DNA of 32,000 nucleotides from Mycobacterium tuberculosis H37Rv (GTDB lineage Bacteria; Actinomycetota; Actinomycetes; Mycobacteriales; Mycobacteriaceae): NCBI RefSeq assembly GCF_000195955.2, contig NC_000962.3, positions 810,001 to 842,000 of the forward strand, read 5' to 3'. Shown piece by piece: positions 20,855 to 31,736 of this stretch (position 1 is its first letter; each line of letters starts with the position of its first letter). The notes under the pieces were generated by a model. It saw only the letters and a program-made list of their open reading frames with translations, ran no database searches and was not told where the DNA came from. The position numbers and the translations under genes were made by a program.

Positions 20855-21661
20855 TTGGTGCTGACGCGGCGCGCGCGTGAAGTGGCGCTGACACAGCACA
20901 TTGGGGTATCCGCGGAGACCGATCGGGCCGTCGTCCCCAAGCTGCGCCAGGCCTATGACAGCCTGGTGTGCGGTCGCCGCCGGCTTGGCGCCATTGGAGC
21001 CGAGATCGAGAACGCGGTGGCCCATCAGCGCGCGCTGGGCCTTGACACCCCGGCCGGTGCCCGTAACTTCTCCCGGTTTCTCGCCACCAAAGCACACGAC
21101 ATCACGCGAGTGCTGGCAGCAACCGCCGCGGAATCCCAGGCCGGCGCGGCGCGGTTGCGATCCCTGGCTTCGTCCTATCAGGCTGTGGGATTTGGCCCCA
21201 AACCCCAGGAGCCGCCTCCGGATCCAGTGCCATTTCCGCCCTACCAGCCGAAGGTGTGGGCGGCGTGCCGGGCGCGTGGCCAAGACCCGGACAAGGTCGT
21301 CAGGACGTTCCATCACGCGCCGATGAGCGCGAGATTCCGCTCGCTACCGGCCGGAGACTCCGTGTTGTACTGCGGCAATGACAAGTACGGGCTGCTGCAC
21401 ATTCAGGCCAAGCATGGACGCCAATGGCACGATATTGCGGATGCACGATGGCCGAGTGCAGGCAATTGGCGCTATCTCGCCGATTACGCAATCGGTGCCA
21501 CACTGGCCTACCCGGAGCGAGTGGAGTACAACCAAGACAACGACACGTTCGCCGTATACCGGAGAATGTCGTTGCCAGACGGCAGATACGTTTTCACAAC
21601 CCGCGTCATTATTTCGGCACGCGACGGGAAGATCATTACGGCCTTCCCGCAGACGACGTGA
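20855..21661 (+). CDS. Two-domain conserved hypothetical protein (Rv0739-like): helical N-domain, Pro-rich linker, C-terminal putative toxin-like domain
   Basis: 268-aa ORF with a GTG start. Linker GFGPKPQEPPPDPVPFPPYQP (aa 112-132). The C-domain has HIQAKHG (aa 182-188) and RVIISARDGKIITAFP (aa 250-265). Confidence 0.75.
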   Translation: MVLTRRAREVALTQHIGVSAETDRAVVPKLRQAYDSLVCGRRRLGAIGAEIENAVAHQRALGLDTPAGARNFSRFLATKAHDITRVLAATAAESQAGAARLRSLASSYQAVGFGPKPQEPPPDPVPFPPYQPKVWAACRARGQDPDKVVRTFHHAPMSARFRSLPAGDSVLYCGNDKYGLLHIQAKHGRQWHDIADARWPSAGNWRYLADYAIGATLAYPERVEYNQDNDTFAVYRRMSLPDGRYVFTTRVIISARDGKIITAFPQTT

Positions 21662-21694
21662 TGCGTCGGTTGGGAACTAAGGGAAGGTGATGGC

Positions 21695-22303
21695 GTGACC
21701 GGGCCACCGCGAAGCTATACAGGGCGCCGGGATCTCATCGCGGAGAAGCTGGAGCCGTACTTTCAGATCAGCGCCATGCTGCCGAAGAACACCAGACCCA
21801 CCTCGGAAACCGCCGAAGAGTTCTGGGACAACTCGCTGTGGTGCAGCTGGGGCGACCGAGAAACGGGATACACCCGCACCGTCACGGTTTCGATCTGCCA
21901 GGTGGCGGACGGCGAACGTGAGGCCGAAGGGGTTCGGGACATGATGCGGCTGGAGTGTCCGGCTGGGCTGGATCTACGGACACCCAACCCGGAGGCATAC
22001 GAGATTACCGGTCAGCGGCCCGGAGAATTCGTGTTCGTGCTCGGCTATCTGGGGCATGTGCGGGCCATCGTGGGCAACTGTTACATCGAGATCATGCCGA
22101 TGGGCACCAGGGTCGAGCTGAGCAAGTTGGCCGATGTGGCATTGGATATCGGCCGCAGTGTCGGATGCTCGGCCTACGAGAACGACTTCACGCTGCCGGA
22201 CATTCCAACGCAGTGGCGCAACCAGCCGCTGGGCTGGTACACGCAAGGCCTTGCCCCCTACCTGCCGGGGCTGTCGGACCCGAAAGACGCCGCCGAGGGC
22301 TGA
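21695..22303 (+). CDS. Acidic conserved hypothetical protein (Rv0740-like), candidate cognate partner of the upstream gene
   Basis: GTG 21695 is preceded by GGGAAGG (21681-21687) at 7-nt spacing. The internal ATG 21776, which would give 175 aa, has no SD. The gene begins 33 nt after the upstream stop. Confidence 0.7.
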
Positions 22304-22323
22304 TGGGTGTGCCGGCGACCTCT

Positions 22324-22356
22324 GAGGGCGAGCAGACGCATAAGCGCCCAATTTCG
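22324..22356 (+). repeat. Left half only of hairpin element copy 3, truncated by IS insertion
   Basis: GAGGGCGAGCAGACGCATAAGCGCCCAATTTCG matches the left arms of copies 1 and 2. No complementary right arm follows. Confidence 0.65.
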
Positions 22357-22852
22357 GGCTCTTCTGACCCTTCCGTGGGTGGAACCTTGGTCTGAGTAGG
22401 CGCACGTCGTTGTAGCTTAAGGTTGCTGGTTTGTCAAAGGTCCGAAACCAAGGGGAGCGAGCAACGACGTGCGCAATGCGAGGTTGTGGCGTGAACTGCT
22501 GGGTGTTGATAAGCGGACGGTGGCCTACGCCAGGTGTTTTCGGTCAAAGGCGAAGAAGGCAAGCAGGCACTGGATCGGTGGATCTCCTGGGCGCGGCGCT
22601 GCCGCATCCCCGTCTTCGTGGAGCTGGCCGGCGGCATCGTGCGACACCGCCAAGCCATCGACGCCGCCCTTGACCACGGCCTATGGCAAGGACTGATCGA
22701 ATCCACCAACACCAAGATCCGACTCCTAACCCGGATCGCGTTCGGATTCCGCTCCCCCGAAGCACTCATCGCCTTGGCCATGCTCGCCCTCGGCGGCCGC
22801 CGCCCCGCCCTACCGGGCAGAACCAAACACCCACGGATCAGTCAGTAGAGCC
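22357..22852 (+). mobile_element. Internally deleted ISL3-family (IS1557-like) insertion sequence remnant, 496 bp, both inverted repeats retained
   Basis: IR-L GGCTCTTCTGACCCTTCCGTGGGTG (22357-22381) versus the reverse complement of 22828-22852, GGCTCTACTGACTGATCCGTGGGTG: 21/25 match. Transposase N-terminus VRNARLWRELLGVDKRTV (from 22469). Out-of-frame C-terminal ORF 22534-22848 (...LIESTNTKIRLLTRIAFGFRSPEALIALAML). Confidence 0.8.
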
Positions 22853-22989
22853 GGAAAACCTGGGATTTCGCTGCCCGTTGGACGGTGCAATGCGCTTCTG
22901 TCCATGAGTCGCTGGAAGACCTGGGCATCTCGCCCGGGTTGTCCTGGCTTATTGGGCCATGACCTCTTGGGAGGTGTCACATATCGTTT

Positions 22990-23508
22990 GTGATCGCGGC
23001 GCCGGAGGCCATCGCGGCAGCGGCCACGGATTTGGCAAGCATCGGTTCGACGATCGGGGCGGCCAACGCCGCGGCCGCGGCCAACACGACGGCGGTGCTG
23101 GCCGCGGGCGCCGATCAGGTGTCGGTGGCCATCGCGGCGGCTTTTGGGGCGCACGGCCAGGCCTATCAGGCGCTCAGCGCGCAGGCGGCGACGTTTCATA
23201 TCCAGTTTGTGCAGGCCTTGACCGCGGGCGCGGGCTCGTATGCGGCCGCCGAGGCCGCCAGCGCCGCGTCCATAACCAGTCCGCTGCTCGACGCGATCAA
23301 CGCGCCCTTCCTGGCGGCGTTGGGGCGCCCGCTGATCGGTAACGGCGCCGACGGGGCGCCGGGGACCGGGGCCGCCGGCGGGGCCGGCGGATTGTTGTTC
23401 GGCAACGGCGGCGCGGGCGGGTCCGGCGCGCCCGGCGGGGCCGGCGGATTGTTGTTCGGCAACGGCGGCGCCGGCGGCCCCGGCGCGTCCGGCGGCGCGC
23501 TGGGCTGA
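22990..23508 (+). CDS. PE_PGRS8: PE_PGRS family protein, short and degenerate (PE_PGRS8-like)
   Basis: PE domain ([19 protein letters not shown]...[28 protein letters not shown]), the GRPLIGNG linker, then Gly-Ala repeats. The canonical ATG TCG TTT GTG reads ATA TCG TTT GTG here. The conserved C-terminal tail is out of frame (to 23615). Confidence 0.75.
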   Translation: MIAAPEAIAAAATDLASIGSTIGAANAAAAANTTAVLAAGADQVSVAIAAAFGAHGQAYQALSAQAATFHIQFVQALTAGAGSYAAAEAASAASITSPLLDAINAPFLAALGRPLIGNGADGAPGTGAAGGAGGLLFGNGGAGGSGAPGGAGGLLFGNGGAGGPGASGGALG

Positions 23509-23885
23509 TCGGCAACGGCGGTAACGGCGGTAAGGGCGGGCTTGGGGTCCCGCCGGGTGTCGGTGGTACCGGCGGCGCCGGGGGGCTGCTGCTCGGCCTG
23601 GATGGGTTGACGTAGGCGGCGGCCCGCAGCCCGCCGGGCTCCACGTCATCTGGCGCTGCTGGCAGACCAACGCTCCCTACGAGCCCACGCGCCACCGAGC
23701 CCTCCAGGGCCCTGCTGGCCCAACATCAACGAACGGATACCTGGGACAGGACGACTGGAAGGCGGGCAGTTGACCCATGCCGAATACCGGTGGCAGCCTG
23801 CTGCACATCGCATCCACTTCCGGGCGACCAACACGTCGAGCAGCCGCGACATCCGCGGCATGCAATGCTGGCGGCGCGACAGGTG

Positions 23886-24443
23886 CTAGGAGGAGTGGTT
23901 GCCCGCACCGTAGTAGTTCAGCCAGGCCGCAATGCGTTGACCGATACGCGGGTCGGTTTCCTCCGGCAGCAGCAAAACCCGAGCCTGGATCACACCCACG
24001 TCGAGCAGGCCGCTTCGGATGAGGGCGGCCACGAAAGCTTTGTCCTTCTCGCGTCCGGCGGCAAGTTTCGCCACCGCGAGGTCGTGCGGTTCCAGAAAGC
24101 GTGGTTTCGCCGGGCGCGAGGATTCGACGGTCCAACTGACCAGCCGGTCCCGCCACCCGTTAGGCAGGATCGCGGTGTCGATATGTACGCCCTCGGCATA
24201 AACGCCATTGCTGCGGTGAAAATCGGACATCTCGCCGATTGCCACGTCGACATGATCCGCTTTGTCCCGCGCCGGGTCGTTGACAAACGCGATGTCGGCC
24301 TCCTGGGAGGCGGTGGCCTGCGGCGGTAGTTCGTTTTCATCAAATGACCCCAGGATCGACTGCGACCCGAGTACCAGCACGTCCACATCGCCCACAACAG
24401 CACAGGCGCGGCGGAGGAGATGTGCAAGTTGCTGACGCGTCAT
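23886..24443 (-). CDS. Nucleotidyltransferase-fold-like protein (Rv0743c-like), candidate toxin/effector
   Basis: 185 aa. N-terminal DVLVLGSQSILGSF...SQEADIAFV resembles the hG[GS]...D-h-[DE] minimal NTase signature. Its ATG overlaps the upstream gene's stop (ATGA at 24440-24443). Confidence 0.75.
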   Translation of the reverse strand: MTRQQLAHLLRRACAVVGDVDVLVLGSQSILGSFDENELPPQATASQEADIAFVNDPARDKADHVDVAIGEMSDFHRSNGVYAEGVHIDTAILPNGWRDRLVSWTVESSRPAKPRFLEPHDLAVAKLAAGREKDKAFVAALIRSGLLDVGVIQARVLLLPEETDPRIGQRIAAWLNYYGAGNHSS

Positions 24444-24946
24444 TCCGTCATGGCCCGCTCGTGCTCGCGATCCCAGTGATCCTTGAACGACCGCAGCACC
24501 GCGACCCTCGTCGCCTCCGGCAGTATGCCCGCGAACGGGGAGTTCTGCCGCATCTCCCGAGCGTCCTCCGAAGGGCTGGTCAATACGTGCATGACCGCGT
24601 CGAGGCCGTCGTTAAGGACACGCTGCCACTTCGTGAAATACCACCCCGCCATGCCGTCCCGACGATGCATACCCGACCAGCGACGCAAGTTCTCTCGTGC
24701 GGCGGAGACGACCGTATCCGGTTCGGTCAACAGCGGGCTCAGCAGGGCGCGATGCAGCCACAGCGACCTTTCCTCCTCGCGGGTCAACCGGCGGCTCGTG
24801 ACGCGCTCGACTTCGCTACTGGGCACCCGCCGATGGCTGCCGACGTGCACGCACACCATCTCGCCGCGGTCACACATGTTGACGACATGCTGCCGCGATA
24901 CCCCGAGTATCTGCGCGGCCTCACTCGTCTTCAGCAGAGTCTCCAT
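24440..24946 (-). CDS. Excisionase/MerR-type helix-turn-helix protein with an uncharacterised C-terminal domain (Rv0744c-like), candidate antitoxin/regulator
   Basis: METLLKTSEAAQILGVSRQHVVNMCDRGEMVCVHVGSHRRVPSSEVERV is a typical excisionase-family HTH. An alternative GTG start lies at 24979. Confidence 0.75.
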   Translation of the reverse strand: METLLKTSEAAQILGVSRQHVVNMCDRGEMVCVHVGSHRRVPSSEVERVTSRRLTREEERSLWLHRALLSPLLTEPDTVVSAARENLRRWSGMHRRDGMAGWYFTKWQRVLNDGLDAVMHVLTSPSEDAREMRQNSPFAGILPEATRVAVLRSFKDHWDREHERAMTE

Positions 24947-25058
24947 GTCCCAATGCTGGCTAGTAAACCCAAAAAACACAACATCGTTGCGGAGCGTGAT
25001 CGCACCGGCTGACGCTAGAGCGAGGGCCCCAGTTCCGCGGCCGACAGGTGGCAGTGAG

Positions 25059-25216
25059 CTAGCTGCCGCGCAGCGTCTCGATCACTGCGCTGAAGTCCAA
25101 GTCGGCGTGATCGGCGGCGAACTTGGCGTAGATCTGGGCGGCGTGGCTGCCCAGTGGGGCCGCCGCACCGGTCGAGGCCACCGCTTCCATCGCCAGGCCC
25201 AACATGCCAGGTGCTG
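25059..25216 (-). pseudogene. 3' relic (copy B) of a beta-hydroxyacid dehydrogenase gene
   Basis: The minus strand reads MLGLAMEAVASTGAAAPLGSHAAQIYAKFAADHADLDFSAVIETLRGS* with the stop retained (CTA at 25059-25061). Paralogous to 20624-20805. Confidence 0.6.
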
Positions 25217-25219
25217 CCG

Positions 25220-25470
25220 ACTACGGCGGTGATCCACACGGTCACGGCGGAAGCATTGGGCCGCATCGGTATTGATGCGCCGCGGATTCCTGGATCGTTG
25301 GACGTCGCCGCGCATGCGGCGATCGGGCTGCTGCCGTTGGTGGCCGGCTGCGACCGCCGACATCGGCGGCCTGTCCGCGGTGCTCGGGCCGGACGGGCTG
25401 CCCAAGTGTCTTTGTGTATGACGGCTATCCGGGTGGAGCCGGTTTCGTCGAACGCGGTTTGCACCGGCCC
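25220..25470 (+). pseudogene. C-terminal relic of a DEAD/DEAH helicase with a DUF1998-type domain (copy 1), multiple frameshifts
   Basis: Pieced across frames: ...HAAIGLLPLVAGCDRR / DIGGLSAVLGPDGLPK / [17 protein letters not shown]. This overlaps the doubtful 175-aa ORF 25154..25681. Confidence 0.55.
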
Positions 25471-25700
25471 CGCGGCGCAGGTGGGTGACCAGTCACGCTC
25501 ACCGCAGCGCGATTACGCGCACCAGGCCTTGCAACCCGATGTGCCGCGGCGCCGCGCGCGGCGGCACAGACCCCGCCGGTGTTCGGCAAAAACGGGGTCG
25601 TCGTCTTCGACGATGCGGTGTACTTGTCATCAGAATCAGTGTCTATGGTCATCGGGGGTGTCGTGGGCGCTGGCCCGCTGACTCGGGTGGGAGGTGGCAC

Positions 25701-28052
25701 ATGTCGTTCGTGCTGGCGATGCCGGAGGTGTTGGGGTCGGCGGCAACGGATCTGGCCGCTCTGGGCTCGGTGCTGGGCGCGGCCGATGCGGCCGCGGCGG
25801 CTACGACGACGGGCATCGTGGCCGCGGCCCAGGATGAGGTGTCGGCGGCGATCGCGGCGTTGTTTTCCGCCCACGGCCGGGCCTATCAGGTGGCCAGTGC
25901 GCAGGCGGCGGCGGTTCACGCCCAGTTCGTGGAGGCGTTGAGCGCGGGTGCGGGGGCCTACGCCAGCGCGGAGGCCGCCGGCGCGGCGGTGCTGGCCAAC
26001 CCGGCGCAGAGCGTGCAGCAGGACCTGCTGGCCGCCGTCAATGCGCAAAGTGTCGCGCTCACGGGGCGCCCGTTGATCGGCAACGGCGCCAACGGGGCCC
26101 CGGGCACGGGGGCCAATGGTGCGCCGGGCGGGTGGTTGCTCGGTAATGGTGGGGCCGGCGGGTCCGCCGCCGCTGGCTCGGGCCTGCCCGGCGGGGCCGG
26201 CGGGGCCGCCGGGTTGTTCGGCACCGGCGGGGCTGGTGGGGCCGGCGGGAGTTCCACGGTAGGTGATGGCGAGGCCGGGGGTGCCGGTGGATCAGGTGGC
26301 TGGTTGTTGGGCACCGGTGGGGTCGGCGGGGTCGGCGGGCTCGGGGCCGGCGCCGGTGGGGCCGGCGGGGTTGGTGGGGCCGGCGGGCTGTTGGGTGCTG
26401 GCGGGCACGGCGGCGCCGGCGGGCTAGGCGCCGTCACCGGTGGGGTCGGGGGAACTGGCGGAGCCGGTGGGCTGCTGGCCGGGCTGCTGGCCGGGCCGGG
26501 CGGGGCCGGCGGGACCGGCGGACGTGGCTTTCTCAACAACGGTGGGGTCGGTGGGGCTGGCGGCAACGCCGGGCTGCTGTTCGGTGCCGGCGGCACCGGT
26601 GGATCCGGCGGAGCCGGCCTAGGTGGTGACGGTGGGGCCGGTGGGGCCGGCGGCAACACCGGTGTGCTGTTCGGCAACGCCGGATCCGGGGGGACCGGCG
26701 GGTTCGGCGATACCGACGGGGGAGCCGGCGGTGCCGGCGGTGACGCCGGCTGGTTGGGCTCCGGTGGGGTCGGCGGGGCCGGCGGGTTCGGCGAAACCGG
26801 TGACGGGGGTGTCGGCGGGGCCGGCGGCAAGGCCGGGTTGCTGATCGGTAACGGCGGGGCCGGCGGCGCCGGTGGGCAAGGCGCCGTGACCGGCGGTACC
26901 GGCGGGGCCGGCGGCGACGGGGTGCTGATCGGCAACGGCGGCAACGCCGGCATCGGCGGAACCGGACCGACCGCGGGTGATACCGGCGCGGGTGGGATCA
27001 GTGGGCTGCTGCTGGGCGCCGACGGCTTCAACACCCCGGCCAGCGCCTCTCCGCTGCACACCCTGAAACAACAGGCGCTGGCCGCGATCAACGCGCCGAC
27101 CCAGACACTGACCGGGCGACCGCTGATCGGCAACGGCACCCCCGGGGCGGTCGGCAGCGGGGCCACCGGGGCCCCCGGTGGGTGGCTGCTCGGCGACGGC
27201 GGGGCCGGCGGGTCCGGCGCGGCGGGCTCGGGCGCGCCCGGCGGGGCGGGCGGGGCTGCCGGGCTGTGGGGTACCGGCGGGGCCGGCGGGGCCGGAGGCA
27301 GCTCGGCGGGTGGCGGCGGGGCCGGTGGGGCCGGCGGGGCCGGCGGCTGGCTGCTCGGCGACGGCGGGGCCGGCGGGATCGGCGGAGCCAGCACCGTACT
27401 CGGCGGCACCGGCGGGGGAGGCGGGGTCGGTGGGCTGTGGGGCGCCGGTGGGGCCGGCGGGGCCGGTGGAACCGGCCTTGTTGGTGGCGACGGCGGGGCC
27501 GGTGGGGCCGGCGGGACCGGCGGACTGCTGGCCGGGCTGATCGGTGCCGGCGGAGGTCACGGCGGGACCGGCGGGCTCAGCACTAATGGCGACGGCGGGG
27601 TTGGCGGGGCCGGCGGGAATGCCGGAATGCTCGCCGGGCCGGGCGGCGCCGGCGGAGCCGGCGGTGACGGCGAAAACCTGGACACCGGTGGGGACGGCGG
27701 GGCCGGCGGTAGCGCAGGGCTGCTGTTCGGCAGCGGCGGCGCCGGCGGCGCCGGCGGATTTGGTTTCCTCGGTGGGGACGGCGGGGCCGGTGGCAACGCC
27801 GGGCTGCTGTTGTCCAGCGGCGGGGCCGGCGGGTTCGGCGGGTTCGGCACCGCCGGTGGGGTCGGTGGGGCCGGCGGCAATGCCGGCTGGCTGGGCTTCG
27901 GCGGGGCCGGTGGCGTCGGCGGCAGCGCCGGGCTGATCGGCACCGGCGGCAACGGCGGCAACGGCGGCACCGGCGCCAACGCCGGCAGCCCCGGAACCGG
28001 CGGCGCCGGCGGGTTGCTGCTGGGCCAAAACGGGCTCAACGGGTTGCCGTAG
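25701..28052 (+). CDS. PE_PGRS9: PE_PGRS family protein (PE_PGRS9-like), 783 aa
   Basis: ATG 25701 preceded by [34 protein letters not shown] domain, GRPLIGNG linker, long GGAGG(N/A/S/T)G repeats, C-terminal [12 protein letters not shown]. The ORF opens 72 codons earlier in non-PE sequence. Confidence 0.93.
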   Translation: MSFVLAMPEVLGSAATDLAALGSVLGAADAAAAATTTGIVAAAQDEVSAAIAALFSAHGRAYQVASAQAAAVHAQFVEALSAGAGAYASAEAAGAAVLANPAQSVQQDLLAAVNAQSVALTGRPLIGNGANGAPGTGANGAPGGWLLGNGGAGGSAAAGSGLPGGAGGAAGLFGTGGAGGAGGSSTVGDGEAGGAGGSGGWLLGTGGVGGVGGLGAGAGGAGGVGGAGGLLGAGGHGGAGGLGAVTGGVGGTGGAGGLLAGLLAGPGGAGGTGGRGFLNNGGVGGAGGNAGLLFGAGGTGGSGGAGLGGDGGAGGAGGNTGVLFGNAGSGGTGGFGDTDGGAGGAGGDAGWLGSGGVGGAGGFGETGDGGVGGAGGKAGLLIGNGGAGGAGGQGAVTGGTGGAGGDGVLIGNGGNAGIGGTGPTAGDTGAGGISGLLLGADGFNTPASASPLHTLKQQALAAINAPTQTLTGRPLIGNGTPGAVGSGATGAPGGWLLGDGGAGGSGAAGSGAPGGAGGAAGLWGTGGAGGAGGSSAGGGGAGGAGGAGGWLLGDGGAGGIGGASTVLGGTGGGGGVGGLWGAGGAGGAGGTGLVGGDGGAGGAGGTGGLLAGLIGAGGGHGGTGGLSTNGDGGVGGAGGNAGMLAGPGGAGGAGGDGENLDTGGDGGAGGSAGLLFGSGGAGGAGGFGFLGGDGGAGGNAGLLLSSGGAGGFGGFGTAGGVGGAGGNAGWLGFGGAGGVGGSAGLIGTGGNGGNGGTGANAGSPGTGGAGGLLLGQNGLNGLP

Positions 28053-28139
28053 CCGGGCGGCACGGCATGGCTTCCGGGCGTCAACCACTCGCCGGTGATG
28101 CAGATCGGCTGCGGAGCGGGCCGCCAAAATGGGGGCCGC

Positions 28140-28300
28140 CGCGCCAGGTATCTCGGCGAAGATCCCCGGCGCTCGAGCGCTTTGTCAGAGGCCCGTCGCG
28201 GGTCGTCGTGACGACGGCTATCCGGGCGGTGCGGGTTTCGCGGCGCGCCCTGTGCCCGGCACCGCCGCCCGTTTGTCGGCAACGCCGCCGCGACCCGTGA
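28140..28300 (+). pseudogene. C-terminal relic of a DUF1998-type helicase domain (copy 2)
   Basis: ...PSRVVV, then a frameshift, then [27 protein letters not shown] at 28213-28226 is identical to 25420-25433. Confidence 0.45.
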
Positions 28301-28450
28301 GCCGTCCAGCAGCTGGCGCCTGCGAAACGTGTGGAAGCGCTGCATGCGGTGCCGGATCGCGATATCGTTGATTTCTGCAATTAATTCCTACCCGTACGGG
28401 TGTGTCGCTGGTAGTCGGGCACCAGGCCGTGAGGGGTTGGGAGGCATGCG

Positions 28451-30856
<2,406 letters not shown>

Positions 30857-30946
30857 CCGGCGGGCCTGCGACCGCGCGCGGCGTTGACAGCATCGCTTCG
30901 GCCGCTCGACCGCAGATGATGCTGTTGATGCGTTACCGTGTGCATC

Positions 30947-31204
30947 ATGCGCACCACGGTGTCAATCTCCGATGAAATACTCGCTGCCGCCAAACGCCGG
31001 GCCCGCGAGCGTGGTCAATCGCTGGGCGCTGTGATCGAGGACGCCCTTCGGCGGGAGTTCGCCGCCGCCCACGTCGGCGGCGCCCGCCCGACCGTCCCGG
31101 TTTTCGACGGCGGCACCGGTCCGCGGCGAGGCATCGACCTGACCTCGAATAGAGCGTTGTCCGAAGTGCTCGACGAGGGCCTGGAACTGAACTCCCGGAA
31201 GTAA
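30947..31204 (+). CDS. vapB31: VapB-type antitoxin (ribbon-helix-helix / CopG-like)
   Basis: 85 aa from [38 protein letters not shown]. Immediately upstream of a PIN-domain gene. Confidence 0.88.
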   Translation: MRTTVSISDEILAAAKRRARERGQSLGAVIEDALRREFAAAHVGGARPTVPVFDGGTGPRRGIDLTSNRALSEVLDEGLELNSRK

Positions 31205-31227
31205 CCCCCAATAGGCGCAGAACGGCA

Positions 31228-31656
31228 ATGTTCCTTCTCGACGCCAACGTGCTGCTGGCTGCACACCGCGGTGACCACCCGAATCACCGAACCGTCCGCC
31301 CCTGGTTCGATCGACTGCTCGCGGCTGACGACCCCTTCACAGTGCCGAACCTGGTATGGGCGTCGTTCCTCCGGCTGGCAACGAATCGACGCATCTTCGA
31401 GATTCCGTCACCGCGAGCAGAGGCATTCGCATTCGTCGAAGCCGTCACCGCCCAGCCCCATCACCTTCCGACGAACCCCGGTCCCAGACACCTCATGCTG
31501 CTGCGAAAACTCTGCGACGAGGCCGACGCATCGGGCGACTTGATACCTGACGCGGTACTCGCGGCCATAGCAGTGGGGCATCACTGCGCCGTGGTGAGCC
31601 TGGACAGGGATTTCGCCCGGTTTGCCTCGGTGCGCCACATTCGCCCGCCGCTCTAG
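31228..31656 (+). CDS. vapC31: VapC PIN-domain ribonuclease toxin
   Basis: 142 aa, [13 protein letters not shown] (first acidic residue) and ...[11 protein letters not shown] (distal acidic residues). Confidence 0.9.
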   Translation: MFLLDANVLLAAHRGDHPNHRTVRPWFDRLLAADDPFTVPNLVWASFLRLATNRRIFEIPSPRAEAFAFVEAVTAQPHHLPTNPGPRHLMLLRKLCDEADASGDLIPDAVLAAIAVGHHCAVVSLDRDFARFASVRHIRPPL

Positions 31657-31736
31657 CGAGCGGTCCTCAAGTACAGTCGGCGACCGGACAAACCGCTGCG
31701 CCAGACGATTCACCGTCCTCGCGTCAATTCGAGCAG

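Noticed and set aside
20375-21316. 313-aa minus-strand ORF overlapping the DinB-like gene end and the 20855 gene
   Set aside because: Only a ~50-codon portion (about 20624-20770) has meaning, as the dehydrogenase stub. The rest is antisense read-through typical of high-GC DNA.
22853-22989. Search for the missing right arm of hairpin copy 3, or an 8-bp target duplication, after the IS remnant
   Set aside because: Only weak resemblance was found (AATGCGCTTCTGTCC versus TATGCGTCTGCTCG). That is not enough to call a right arm, so I treated the arm as lost.
25154-25681. 175-aa plus-strand ORF (corresponds to an annotated hypothetical, Rv0745-like)
   Set aside because: It reads through the antisense of dehydrogenase stub B and one frame of the frameshifted helicase relic, and runs up to the PE_PGRS9 start. 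It is probably not a functional gene, and no SD or domain is recognisable.
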